A stretch of DNA of 64,000 nt, from assembly GCF_964355755.1 (NCBI RefSeq), contig NC_092678.1, positions 5,906,422 through 5,970,421 on the forward strand. The letters are read 5' to 3'. Source of the stretch: Antedon mediterranea (lineage: Eukaryota > Animalia > Echinodermata). Under the pieces are notes generated by a model, which had not been told where the DNA came from, did not search any database, and was given only the letters and a program-made list of their open reading frames with translations. Each line of letters begins with the position of its first letter. Position 1 is the stretch's first letter. A program made the position numbers and the translations under genes. Positions 39,795 through 50,508 of the stretch are shown piece by piece.

Positions 39795-41097
39795 CAGTCA
39801 ACTCTCCCAATACCGGACACCCTTGGGCGGGCATATATTTTCCGGTTTTTCGAAAGTCCGGTTTCCTGAAAACATATTTTTAAAGTCATCACGTTGTCAC
39901 CGAATGCTGCCCGGTACGGTCTCCTAGCGTAGGGAAGGCCTAGGCTAGGCTATGATTGTGTCAATCTAGTTTTAATTAAATAAATACTGATAGGCCTAGG
40001 CCTACTTTATTAATATTAAGCTACAGTAATTCAATTTACCTTTTTTAAAAGTTACATTATTTACTGTACCAATAAAACATGTTACAATAGTAAATTATTG
40101 TTTCTCAATGTGTTTTTAACGGCAAAAAGGCCTACGTACGTACGTACGTACGGTGAACATAATTTCGGTCTGTTTATTGTTTTTCGTGAGCTAGCTAGCA
40201 GCAGCAGCATGGGTGAAGGGCTTTGATTGGATGCGCATGTGCAGAGGTGTCGTAATCAAATAAAAACGCCCACACCTAGACCACATGTTTTTTAAGCTCC
40301 TTTATTTTTGACGTAATTTGATAGCAATGATGAAAATTGATTAGGTAAACGAGCCAAGCAATAATGACACAATAATTAATTGGTAACATTTCAAAGTTTA
40401 TTAACACTAGTTAAGTCAAGTTCATTCCGTTTACGTTTTGCCATAATGATTTCCAAATTTATAATGATGCACATTTTTAGTCCCGTTTTTAGTGAAACAT
40501 TCCTTTTTAAAGTCCTATTGCAATTGTGAATTTAACAATAATTTAAACAAAACAAAGACACAGGAATGTAAATTTAACTTTATTAAAAAACAATTCATAT
40601 GCTAAAAAACAGGGAGTTGTTAACAACTCCCTGCTAAAAACAATAGACATTAAGACATAGCGCTTCGATGTGAAAAAGCCCACCGCAGTTCGATACGCAA
40701 CAAAGCAATTGCCGCCTCGTGGGTTAACAATGAACTGACCTGTCAATCACAGTGTAGTGCTCCATGGCAACATTATTTGATCGTACCGCGAAACGTCGCG
40801 CACTTCATGCATGGTGAGGGTATGGTTAAAAGCTTTTTAGTGAATCCGAGTCAGCGACGACGCCAATGTTACGTTGTTTTCGTAAATATTTGGAGTTTTT
40901 TAACCGTCAGTCCGGTTTTCAGACGCTAATTTTCGTGTTTTGTACTTCATAATTTGTCCGGATTCCGGAATTGGGTATTCCGGTTTTCATAATAAATTAC
41001 AGTACATTTAGAATAGGGACAAATTGGGCCCTCCAAAAAAGTCCGGTTTTTCGTGAATTCCGGTTTTGGGAGAGTCCGGTATTGGGAGAGTTGACTG
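39795..41097. mobile_element. pogo/Tigger-like (Tc1/mariner superfamily) non-autonomous element, 1303 bp
   Basis: Perfect 24-bp TIR CAGTCAACTCTCCCAATACCGGAC / GTCCGGTATTGGGAGAGTTGACTG, TA TSD on both sides, subterminal TCCGG repeats and no transposase ORF. Confidence 0.92.
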
Positions 41098-41592
41098 TAT
41101 TGGCCTATGAAATATACAATACAATATCTGAATTCTAGTGTTTCAAATGCATGCATTTTTACAGCTACCTAGGGAGTTAAAATACATCTTTTGCATGTTA
41201 CTAATGCATAATGATAATCCCTAGCAACACAAATAAAGCCATTTATTTAGAGTGAACTATTTTGGATGTAATCAGTATATGAAAGTCAATTTCTGTAGTC
41301 ATTAGGACAATCACGATTTTTTAAAAATCAATGCCAAAGTTTTGGTCCTCTCTCTTTCATTTTTTTTTTGTGTAATGTATTATACCATATGGACAATTGT
41401 CTGAAATAAAAGTTGAATTGAATTGAATTAACTACTGTAAATAATACTTTTAATAATAAACATTTTGGTTTGGTTTCACTTTTGATGTTTGTAGAAAGAG
41501 GAGAAAAACCCCATCCAAATGTTACACTGTTCCGTCCCGTACAGTACACAATAATCTCACAAAATATAAAAGTGGATAAAGTGTTTGACCTA

Positions 41593-42040
41593 GGCTTATG
41601 TACTCGAAGCGCTGCAGTGGGTGGGGCTTATGTACTGGAAGCGCTGCAGTGGGTGGGGCTTATGTACTCGAAGCGCTGCAGTGGGTGGGGCTTATGTACT
41701 CGAAGCGCTGCAGTGGGTGGGGCTTATGTACTTGAAGCGCTGCAGTGGGTGGGGCTTATGTACTCGAAGCACTGCAGTGGGTGGGGCTTATGTACTCGAA
41801 GCGCTGCAGTGGGTGGGGCTTATGTACTCGAAGCGCTGCAGTGGGTGGGGCTTATGTACTCGAAGCGCTGCAGTGGGTGGGGCTTATGTACTCGAAGCGC
41901 TGCAGTGGGTGGGGCTTATGTACTCGAAGCGCTGCAGTGGGTGGGGCTTATGTACTCGAAGCGCTGCAGTGGGTGGGGCTTATGTACTCGAAGCGCTGCA
42001 GTGGGTGGGGCTTATGTACTCGAAGCGCTGCAGTGGGTGG
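41593..42040. repeat. 32-bp GC-rich minisatellite GGCTTATGTACTCGAAGCGCTGCAGTGGGTGG x14
   Basis: Head-to-tail units with no spacers and only about 3 substitutions; it accounts for ORFs 41470-42132, 41621-42058 and 41745-42080. Confidence 0.97.
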
Positions 42041-42388
42041 GGCCTATGGCCTATATGATTGGCATCGGTATTGTAGATAATGGATGTGATGCATGGGATA
42101 GATTTAAAAAAAAATTCTGTCAAATGTTTTAAAAACAGATAAAATAAACATGTTTAAAACATAAAGAAAATACATCATATTCATTTATTTCATATTCAAC
42201 AGCAACTCACAACTATAAAAAGAATGCATGATATTTTATTTGTCTTATTATTAAAATAATATAATGAAGATTATTTAAAAATTCCCTGCAAATTAAAAAT
42301 AGGTCCCTGGAAGCGAAGCAATTTATACATTGCATTATGGGATATTTGTGAGAGGAGAGTTCGGGGTACAACATGATCCTAAGACTAA

Positions 42389-42532
42389 AGCTCTGGTCTA
42401 TATACACTATTATACTTTAAGTGGCAAAAAACGTGATGTGCCTATATATAGACATGATGATGTCATATCACTACCATATTTGGGCACATCACACTTTTTT
42501 TTTCAAACTTATTTGATAGTGTAGACAGAACT
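42389..42532. mobile_element. Harbinger-type MITE family B (AGCTCTGTCTACACTATCAAA TIR)
   Basis: Degenerate TIRs with TAA/TTA flanks; the interior matches 56741-56880. Confidence 0.7.
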
Positions 42533-42619
42533 TTAGGAATGTTATCTTCACCAGCAGCTAGTTGACAAACCAATCAACATTGCTTCCACAAATTCATCAT
42601 GGTATAAGTACTTCACACT

Positions 42620-42844
42620 AGCCAATTCTCAGTACTGTATCTTTAATTGTCCAGTATCATAGGCAAATTCTGTAATACTGTGTTACATATGTACCACATG
42701 TGATGCCTGTATCATAGGCTATAAGCCTAATACAGGTATTAACATAATACAGGTGCCAAAACATATGTGGTACTGTATTTATAATTTTCATATGATACTG
42801 GATGGTAATGCTATATGTGGAGATACATTACAGAGAATTAGGTG
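42620..42844. mobile_element. Family C MITE copy
   Basis: Inverted ends aattctcagtactgtatct / agatacattacagagaatt and internal ccagtatcata / tatgatactgg. Confidence 0.55.
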
Positions 42845-42889
42845 ATAACACTGGACCGTCACAGAAATATTTCGATAACTAAAGTCTAA

Positions 42890-42951
42890 AGCTCTGTTTA
42901 CACTATCAAACTAGTTTTTGTCACATAAAGTTTGACAGTGTAGACAGACCT
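42890..42951. mobile_element. 62-bp minimal family B MITE
   Basis: taa-AGCTCTGTTTACACTATCAAACT ... AGTTTGACAGTGTAGACAGACCT-tta. Confidence 0.75.
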
Positions 42952-43746
42952 TTAGAGTCGAAAGGTTTATTTCGACACAACTGGTATCCTCATATCAAGT
43001 GTCAATTTTATATAGTGTGCTAAATAAATCCAAATTCAATTATGAAAATAATTCATAATATTAATAAATAATTAGATATTTTGGTCCATAAACATTTAGA
43101 TTTTTGGTTGCTAATTATAATTATCATTTATAAAATAAGTACATTCATTAAACATATTGCTGGAAAACACAGTTATAAACATTATATGTTTATCATTCAA
43201 ATATATATATATCACACAAGAATTAATATTTACACAACTTTTAAACTAAGGCACTAAAAAGCAGTCGATTACAATCAGTGATATTCCTTATGGCTTAAAA
43301 AATAATTCAGAAGTTTGATTTTTAAACAAATAAACAATTTATATATTATTGATAAGATGAACATTTTTAATTAACTTAATCATTTCGTCTTAAATTCTAA
43401 TAATAGCTACAAAGCTGGAAAATAGCCAGTTAAGGATGGAAAGACCGGGATTTTCACATTTACATTTGAAAGATGCGTTTAAAATAATATATAAGTCTCA
43501 AAATAAATTATTGTAAAGATAAACTTGCCATGATTTGGTTATATAACCATACAGATTAAATAAAAAGTTACTCATCTACTAATGAAAAACTGTTAGTAAT
43601 AACATGTTAACATAAAAAGAAATATACAAACCAGTCTGTAACTGAATTTAACTGAAGTTAACTGAAAGATACTATACGAGTTCAACATCTAACTGTTTTT
43701 CCTTGATGGAGGGGGATTATCCGATGCGGATTGAATAGGATTAGCT

Positions 43747-43836
43747 TTAATCTTGATCTTGTTGGAAGGCAAGCTGAACTTTTTCAAACTGATCTATCAG
43801 GTCGAGATGCATTTCTCGATCCAGAGTATCTACCAA
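43747..43836 (-). CDS. Terminal coding exon of an unidentified minus-strand gene (LVDTLDREMHLDLIDQFEKVQLAFQQDQD*)
   Basis: Strong acceptor tttatttcttttctttcag, then an open phase-0 frame to TAA. It joins in frame to exon 50508-50434. Confidence 0.6.
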   Translation of the reverse strand: MVDTLDREMHLDLIDQFEKVQLAFQQDQD

Positions 43837-43967
43837 CTGAAAGAAAAGAAATAAAATTAATAAATTAATGAATTGAAGGATTTTGAAATTAAAAAAAAAG
43901 AAGGAAAACATTACAGTATGGAAAAAAAACAATTCTTTGTTGTATATAGTGTATTTTCCTTTGAATG

Positions 43968-44270
43968 GGACACTAGCTGTTGGTAACTAAAGATGGTTAA
44001 TGGATGGATCCGATTCTTGTGAAAGAGTTTGAGATCTTTCTGTGATGCCTTAATGTTCTTTCGCCTTGTCCTTTGGAAGGGATATTAGCTGTTGGTAACT
44101 AAAGATGGTTTATAAAGGATGGATCCAATTTTTGTGAAAGAGTTTGAGATCTGTCTGTGATGTCTTTGTTCTTTCGCCTTGTCCTTTGGATGGGACATTA
44201 GCTGTTGGTAACTAAAGATGGTTAAAGGATAGATCTGATTCTTGTGAAAGAGTTTGAGATCTGTCTGTGA
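43968..44270. repeat. Tandem repeat, unit about 112 bp, about 2.7 copies
   Basis: tagctgttggtaactaaagatggtt...gtgaaagagtttgagatct occurs three times. Confidence 0.9.
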
Positions 44271-44559
44271 TCTGCTATTATTCTTATTGCCTTGTTCTTT
44301 GGATTTGTAGACTAACATTTAGGCTTGGCTTATTTCCATGCATGTTTTTATATCTAATCAATTTAAGTTTATTTTGAATCTAATGCAATTAAATTTGATG
44401 ATCGTAGTGTGTGGTAAATTCAATAACACACACAATTAGATTTGTTTCCCTTTCTTGATTATCAAAATGAATTGAAACTAACTTTAAATATTAGTTTACA
44501 TTCTTTATTACAATTTCTATTTCATAAGATTTCACTTCCTACCATTTTTGACAATAGAT

Positions 44560-45022
44560 AGGGAGGTTTCGCAACCTTACGAATACGATAACGAAAACGG
44601 ATACGTTACACATTTGTGAAACCTTTGAGCTGATTCCCATTTTATATTCGTAAAGCGTATTCGTGACTACAAAACGAGTATAGTTTTTGATCTATTTTGC
44701 ACATTTTGCATTTAAATCAGGAATGATTCATGATTATAATATAATTATATTTTTATTGAAAGTATTTACTAAAGTAATTTACTAAAATGCCAGGTCAATT
44801 TTGATAAATAGCAGTTTTTAAAGTCCTCACTCGCTTTGATGTTACGCTAGGCCTAGGCAGCCAAGCACCAAGCAACACGTACCTGCGCTTCGCTCAAATT
44901 AGACAGGCACTCAATATTTCGTTGCCATGCGAAACAGATTTTTACTAGCTTACGAAAAACGAATACATGTGCGTGACGTATCCATTTTCGTTATCATATT
45001 CGTAAGATTGCGAAAACTCCCT
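44560..45022. mobile_element. Non-autonomous TIR element with AT TSD (ISL2EU-like), 463 bp
   Basis: TIR of about 50 bp, AGGGAGGTTTCGCAACCTTACGAATACGATAACGAAAACGGATACG versus CGTATCCATTTTCGTTATCATATTCGTAAGATTGCGAAAACTCCCT, flanked by AT on both sides. The superfamily call is an inference. Confidence 0.8.
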
Positions 45023-45479
45023 ATTATCTCACACTTTCACCAGAAAAAACAGAAATATTGGATATTTTTGCAGATCTCTAAAAATGCCACACATGCCACT
45101 TTCATCTCCCTAAAGGGTTCCTTTGCCAGCAAAGAATGAAGATGGACCAGTACACCAGTAACCTTACTACAGATGCACCAGGTTCTCACTTGTTCACCAG
45201 AACTATGATTAAGAAACTGTGAAAATGTCTGATTATTTTTTTGCGACACCCCTATCATAACCACTCGGCCATGAATTAACATTCTTATTCAAACGACCTG
45301 TATTGCTATGTATAAAAACATGATTGACTCAGCAGAATAAAAAGTCACTTTACGAACAATAAGACAGTCTTCAACAAACACAATATACAGATGTTTCTCC
45401 AATCATTAAAAAAAAACAAACATGAAAGCTGTTAAATACATCATATTAACTACTGTAGGTTGATACAAATGGTCATAAT

Positions 45480-45925
45480 GTATATTAATGCGATTGCAGT
45501 TTAATGCTTATATCTATTGACATATCCTTTGTCATCAGACATGGTTACATAGTCATTACTACATCCACGACATTTTAAGGTTATTGTAACGTAACAAAAT
45601 AAATGCATGTATCTGTTAGTCTCATCCCCACACTAAGAAGGGTAGCTATTTAAAATGGTTACCGCAACCATTTAAACACATCATCAGATTAACTGGGTTG
45701 AACCAAACAGTCAACATACATTAATGCGATTGCAGTTTAATGTCGCATTTAACGCTTATTGATGTATCTTTTGTCATCAGAATCGTTTCATACTATTACA
45801 ACATTCGCGTCTCTAGTTTGGGTTCATTCTAAGGTCCTGCATCTATCGTCAAACTTGTAATATAAAAACACATACATATCCATCTGTATATCTGTTAATC
45901 TCATAAACTCCGAATAGGGTGGCTG
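45480..45925. repeat. Diverged tandem duplication, unit about 237 bp
   Basis: attaatgcgattgcagtttaatg at about 45484 and 45720; tttgtcatcaga and tatctgtta.tctcat each occur twice. Confidence 0.6.
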
Positions 45926-45957
45926 TGTATTTGATCTCTAAACTTGTCTCTCATGAT

Positions 45958-46135
45958 CATGTAAACATTATTCAACTGAAATTACTGCAGTAAATGTAGA
46001 AGTGTATGTAGAAGTAACAGTGTGTATGTTTACAAGAGTGATTATTAAAGCTTTTTCTGGCGGAAAAAGCTTGCTAAAAAAATTAAAGGTTAAAGAGTTA
46101 TACTGCAGTAACTGCAGTACAACAATTATGACATG
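45958..46135. mobile_element. Family D MITE copy
   Basis: catgtaaacattattcaactgaaattactgcagta ... tactgcagtaactgcagtacaacaattatgacatg. Confidence 0.6.
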
Positions 46136-47104
46136 GACTCTTACAGGATGATGGGATACACATGCAAATATAGTTTATCACTAAAACATATAGTGAAAGA
46201 TAATAATGATGAATCTGGCTTATTATAGCTTACATTATACCCCATTTGCGAGATTGAAATGATGATTGAAATACATTGTGAATGATATTGATGGCTTGTC
46301 TGTGCATTTAATGTTTTGGGGAGAATCTGGCTTTCTGTTATTGAAACAGAGATGAAGGAATGATGGGTAATAGGTGGGTACATGGGAGAGGTGGGGGGGG
46401 GGGGGGAGGAGGGGAGTAGTTCATTTCAATGCTGCCTTATCCTTCCTTTCTGTTTGACAGTTTAGTGTCCCAACCACTCAACCACCACAATGCCTAACAA
46501 TATAACAATAAGGTCAAATTCCTCTTAATATTTTTAACTATATACTATAAACAAATCTTTAATTATCGGTAATTATAATGCTATATGATAAAGTCAATGG
46601 TGTGTAACACGCATCACCTGCTATACCAATCTAAAATTATTATATTGCTTATATCTCATTAATTTTATAGTATTGCCTGATCTAAATTTAAATTAAAGAC
46701 CACGGGATATTAATTCACTGCTCTTTTTTCAAATGAAAAATTAATAGTCACTATATGAACAAGGCAAGCCATAGACTATATGCTTTAAATGGTTTATAAC
46801 TTTCAGTTACAGATCAAAGATAGACAGGGAAAAAATCCATTAAAAAATTTTGTTTAGCAATATTGCTAATCAAACTGATTTTTAAGTTGAGAAACATAGT
46901 TTTGTATTGTATTTTTTGCTACACAATTTTAGAAATGTGTAGCAATAAGGTTGTTTTGTATAGCTTTTTGCTATGCTACACTGGCGAAAATGTTCCCTGA
47001 TAGAGGGAGCCTAGACATGAAGTGTTGAACATAACAATGTTAAGATTATTTTCATTCCTTGAAATCCTGGTTGTCTTATTTTACTTGGTTCCACTTCGTA
47101 AAAT

Positions 47105-47458
47105 ATACGGCTTTACCACGTTGAAACACCGGTTCTCGTCAGATCACCGAAGAAGTTAAGCGACGTTGGGCCTGGTTAGAGCGTGGATGGGAGACCATCT
47201 GGGAATAGTGGGTGCTGTATACGGAGCTGGGGTCCTGTTAGGCATTTGAAATCAGCACTGCTGACTCTTATGGCAGCCCCTGCATCTAGTATCTGCCTCA
47301 GACCTCTGGTCAAGGAGGGCACTGGACGAGAGAAGCCCTTGATCAATGTTAGGACCAATCAAGGTGCTTTAAACAGTCCTGGCTTTGTTTGTATCAAACC
47401 TGTTAGTGGCGGTAATTATCGCTGTTGGTTTCGATTAAATAAAAAAAAAAAAAAAAAA
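47105..47458 (+). mobile_element. 5S rRNA-derived SINE (SINE3-type), copy 1
   Basis: 47105-47220 resembles metazoan 5S rRNA (TACGGC..TACCACGTTGAAACACCGGTTCTCGTC.GATCACCGAAG..GTTAAGC..GGGCCTGGTTAG..TGGATGGGAGACC..CTGGGAATA..GGGTGCTGTA). It lacks an oligo-T terminator and continues into a body of about 220 bp and an A18 tail. Confidence 0.92.
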
Positions 47459-47995
47459 TAGACCTGTAAACGAAAATATTCTCCCCAATCAGTGAATACA
47501 AACCACTACTTGTATAATATTTCAACACCATCCTTCTTTTAACATTAAGCAACACATGAAAGGCAACTAAACCTGATAGATTAGATTCTCTTTTTAACAT
47601 TATACACATTTTAGCTGAGGATTTAAGAACCATATCTGAAGTAATTTCCTAGCCATGCTAAAATCCCCCTAATCAGAACACATCAAAGGCAACTAACCTT
47701 GATAGAAAAATGTTGATCAGGTCAGGAATACACCAACAACATTAATATAAGTTGATAACATTGAATAATACAAGTGGATTTCAAGGGACGAAAAGTTTAT
47801 ACTACTATTAGAATATGGTTCAGTCGCAGTGCGACCGGGTGTTAATAGCCCATGATTTCCAATCTGAAGGTTTACGATATAATCTGGAAAATCCAGATTT
47901 ATCTGGAATTCATTTATAATGGCACTTTTGTTACATTGCATTGGCAGTTGATATAGTCAGCTTTAATATACATCAGCTATAATAATAAGTATAGA

Positions 47996-48367
47996 ATTTA
48001 TTTTTTTATTTTATTTTTTTTTAAATTTTATTTAATTTAATCGAAACCAACAGCGATAATTACCGCCACTAACAGGTTTGATACAAACAAAGCCAGGACT
48101 GTTTAAAGCACCTTGATTGGTCCTAACATTGATCAAGGGCTTCTCTCGTCCAGTGCCCACCTTGACCAGAGGTCTGAGGCAGATACTAGATGCAGGGGCT
48201 GCCATAAGAATCAGCAGTGCTGATTTCAAATGCCTAACGGGACCCCAGCTCCGTATACAGCACCCGTTTATTCCCAGATGGTCTCCCATCCAAGCTCTAA
48301 CCAGGCCCACGTCGCTTAACTTCAGTGATCTGACGAGAACCGGTGTTTCAACGTGGTAAAGCCGTAT
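47996..48367 (-). mobile_element. 5S rRNA-derived SINE (SINE3-type), copy 2, inverted relative to copy 1
   Basis: The reverse complement matches copy 1 over about 335 bp with roughly 8-10 differences and ends in an A-rich (TAAAA)n tail. Confidence 0.92.
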
Positions 48368-49075
48368 TATTAAGAATAAAGTTAAAGAAGTTAGTAATTT
48401 GCAATATAGGTTTGTGTCTTCTTAAGATGTTACACAATGAGAGATTGGAAAGTCAAAAAATTAACATAAACATCGACCATGACCGATCACAGAAAATTCA
48501 AATAAGATAATGGGAACGGCAACATCTTAGTCATACTACAGTATGTCTGGGCTGGTGATGGGCACACATGTCAACACTCCCATTTTGGCCAGCATATATC
48601 TAACTTATCTCTAGCACAAAATCGTGCTCCAAGTTTACATTTTGTTTTGGTTCTTTTTTCCACAAAAGAGGGTGATTGTAAGCTAGTTTGACAAATTCCA
48701 TCACTTCCGCTGCTAGTGTCTAGTTTGAAAAGGGTACTTCAGCAAAAAGAGGTATAATTAATACAAACCATCGCACAAAAGCAAGACTATTTCTATCAAC
48801 TGCCGAAATTCAGAATATAAGAGTATAAAGATAAGTGCCACATAGAGAAGGTTGAAGCACTATATGACACAATACTTTATATAATATGGGTTTCTTTATA
48901 GGATTACTGTAATTAACTTCTGCCCATCCATTATCTATGATTATACTATATTGCTATACGACTAGGGATAGATTACACTGTAAAATGGCAAAGTACTATT
49001 AAAGAAAATGGATGACCTACTTATATTTATAGCAGGAAAAAACTTTGAAAACATTTCAAATTTGTATATTGAAAA

Positions 49076-50395
49076 TTGACAAGATGATACCTCAACATAA
49101 CTCAACATGATAAATTCAACAAGATGATAAAAAAGATGATAACTCGACAACAGCATAACTCAACAACAGGATAACTCAACAACAGGATAACCCAAAAATG
49201 GGATAACCCATCAACGGGATAACCCAACACGGGATAACCCAGCAACAGGATAACCCAGCAACAGGATAACCCAGCAACATGATAACCCAGCAATATGTAA
49301 CCCAGCAAGATGATAATAATTCAACAAGATGATATAACTGAACCAGGATTATGAAACTGAACTAGGATAATGAAACTGAACTAGGATAATGAAACTCAAC
49401 AAGATGTTAAAACTCAACAAGATGTTAAAACTCAACAAGATGTTAAAACTCAACAAGATGATACAACTCAACAAGATGATACAACTCAACAAGATGATAC
49501 AACTCAACAAGGTGATACAACTCAACAAGATGATACAACTCAACAAGGTGATACAACTCAACAAGATGATACAACTCAACAAGATGATACAACTCAACAA
49601 GATGTTAAAACTCAACAAGATGTTAAAACTCAACAAGATGATAAAACTCAACAAGATGATAAAACTCAACAAGATGATACAACTCAACAAGATGATACAA
49701 CTCAACAAGATGATACAACTCAACAAGATGATACAACTCAACAAGGTGATACAACTCAACAAGATCATACAACTCAACAAGATGTTAAAACTCAACAAGA
49801 TGTTAAAACTCAACAAGATGATAAAACTCAACCAGGATGATAAAACTCAACCAGGATGATAAAATTCAACAAGATGATAAAAATCGACAATATGATAAAA
49901 CTCAACAAGATGATAAAACTCAAAACACGATGATAAAACTCAATAAGATGATGAAACGCAACAAGATAACTTAACAAGATAACTCAACAAGATGATAAAA
50001 CTCAACAAGATGATAACTCAAAAATATGATACCTCAACAAGATGATACCGTAACAATATGATAACTCAACAATATGATAACTCAACAATATGATAACTCA
50101 ACAATATGACAACTCAACAAGATGATAAACTCAACAAGATGTTAAAACTCAACAAGATGATAAAACTCAACAAGGTGATAACTCAACCAGATGTTAAAAC
50201 TCAAAAAGGTGATAACTCAACAAGATGATAAAACTCAACAAGATGATAACTAGACCTGGATGATAAAACTCAACACGATGATAACTCAACAAGATGTTAA
50301 AACTCAACAAGGTGATAACTCAGCAAGGTGATAACTTAACAATATGATAACTCAACAAGATGATAACTCAACAAGGTGATAACTCAACAATATAA
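49076..50395. repeat. 16-18-bp minisatellite (AACTCAACAAGATGATAA core), about 1.3 kb
   Basis: Homogeneous 18-bp units at 49390-49920 with degenerate 16/17-bp units on the flanks; it accounts for ORFs 49349-49831 and 49389-49859. Confidence 0.95.
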
Positions 50396-50433
50396 CTTGA
50401 TAGTGTGAAGAATATCTAAAATATTTTACTTAC

Positions 50434-50508
50434 CGCTTTTCTGTCCCTGTCTGCATAATTATAAAGAAGTTGTAGGGTACTCAGATGACTGAACTGATTT
50501 AAGAAATT
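50434..50508 (-). CDS. Internal coding exon, 75 bp, phase 0-0 (NFLNQFSHLSTLQLLYNYADRDRKA)
   Basis: Canonical acceptor tgtttttctttttgtag and donor GCG|gtaagt, length divisible by 3, open frame. Confidence 0.7.

Noticed and set aside
41470-42132. ORFs of 220, 145 and 111 aa, or a CRISPR-like array
   Set aside because: This is a head-to-tail 32-bp minisatellite with no spacers and no cas genes; the ORFs are repeat artefacts.
46840-47000. hAT-like MITE end (...gttccctg with TAGCAA/TTGCTA repeats); similar at about 51490-51600
   Set aside because: Only one terminus is discernible and there is no TSD, so it is too decayed to delimit.
47105-47220. Functional 5S rRNA gene
   Set aside because: It lacks the first bases and the oligo-T terminator, has indels, and continues into a shared body and A tail in both copies.
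47183-48359. ORFs 47183-47461, 47176-47358, 48032-48310 and 48117-48359 as duplicated genes
   Set aside because: These are incidental frames within the SINE copies.
49349-49859. ORFs of 160 and 156 aa
   Set aside because: They are translations of the 18-bp minisatellite.
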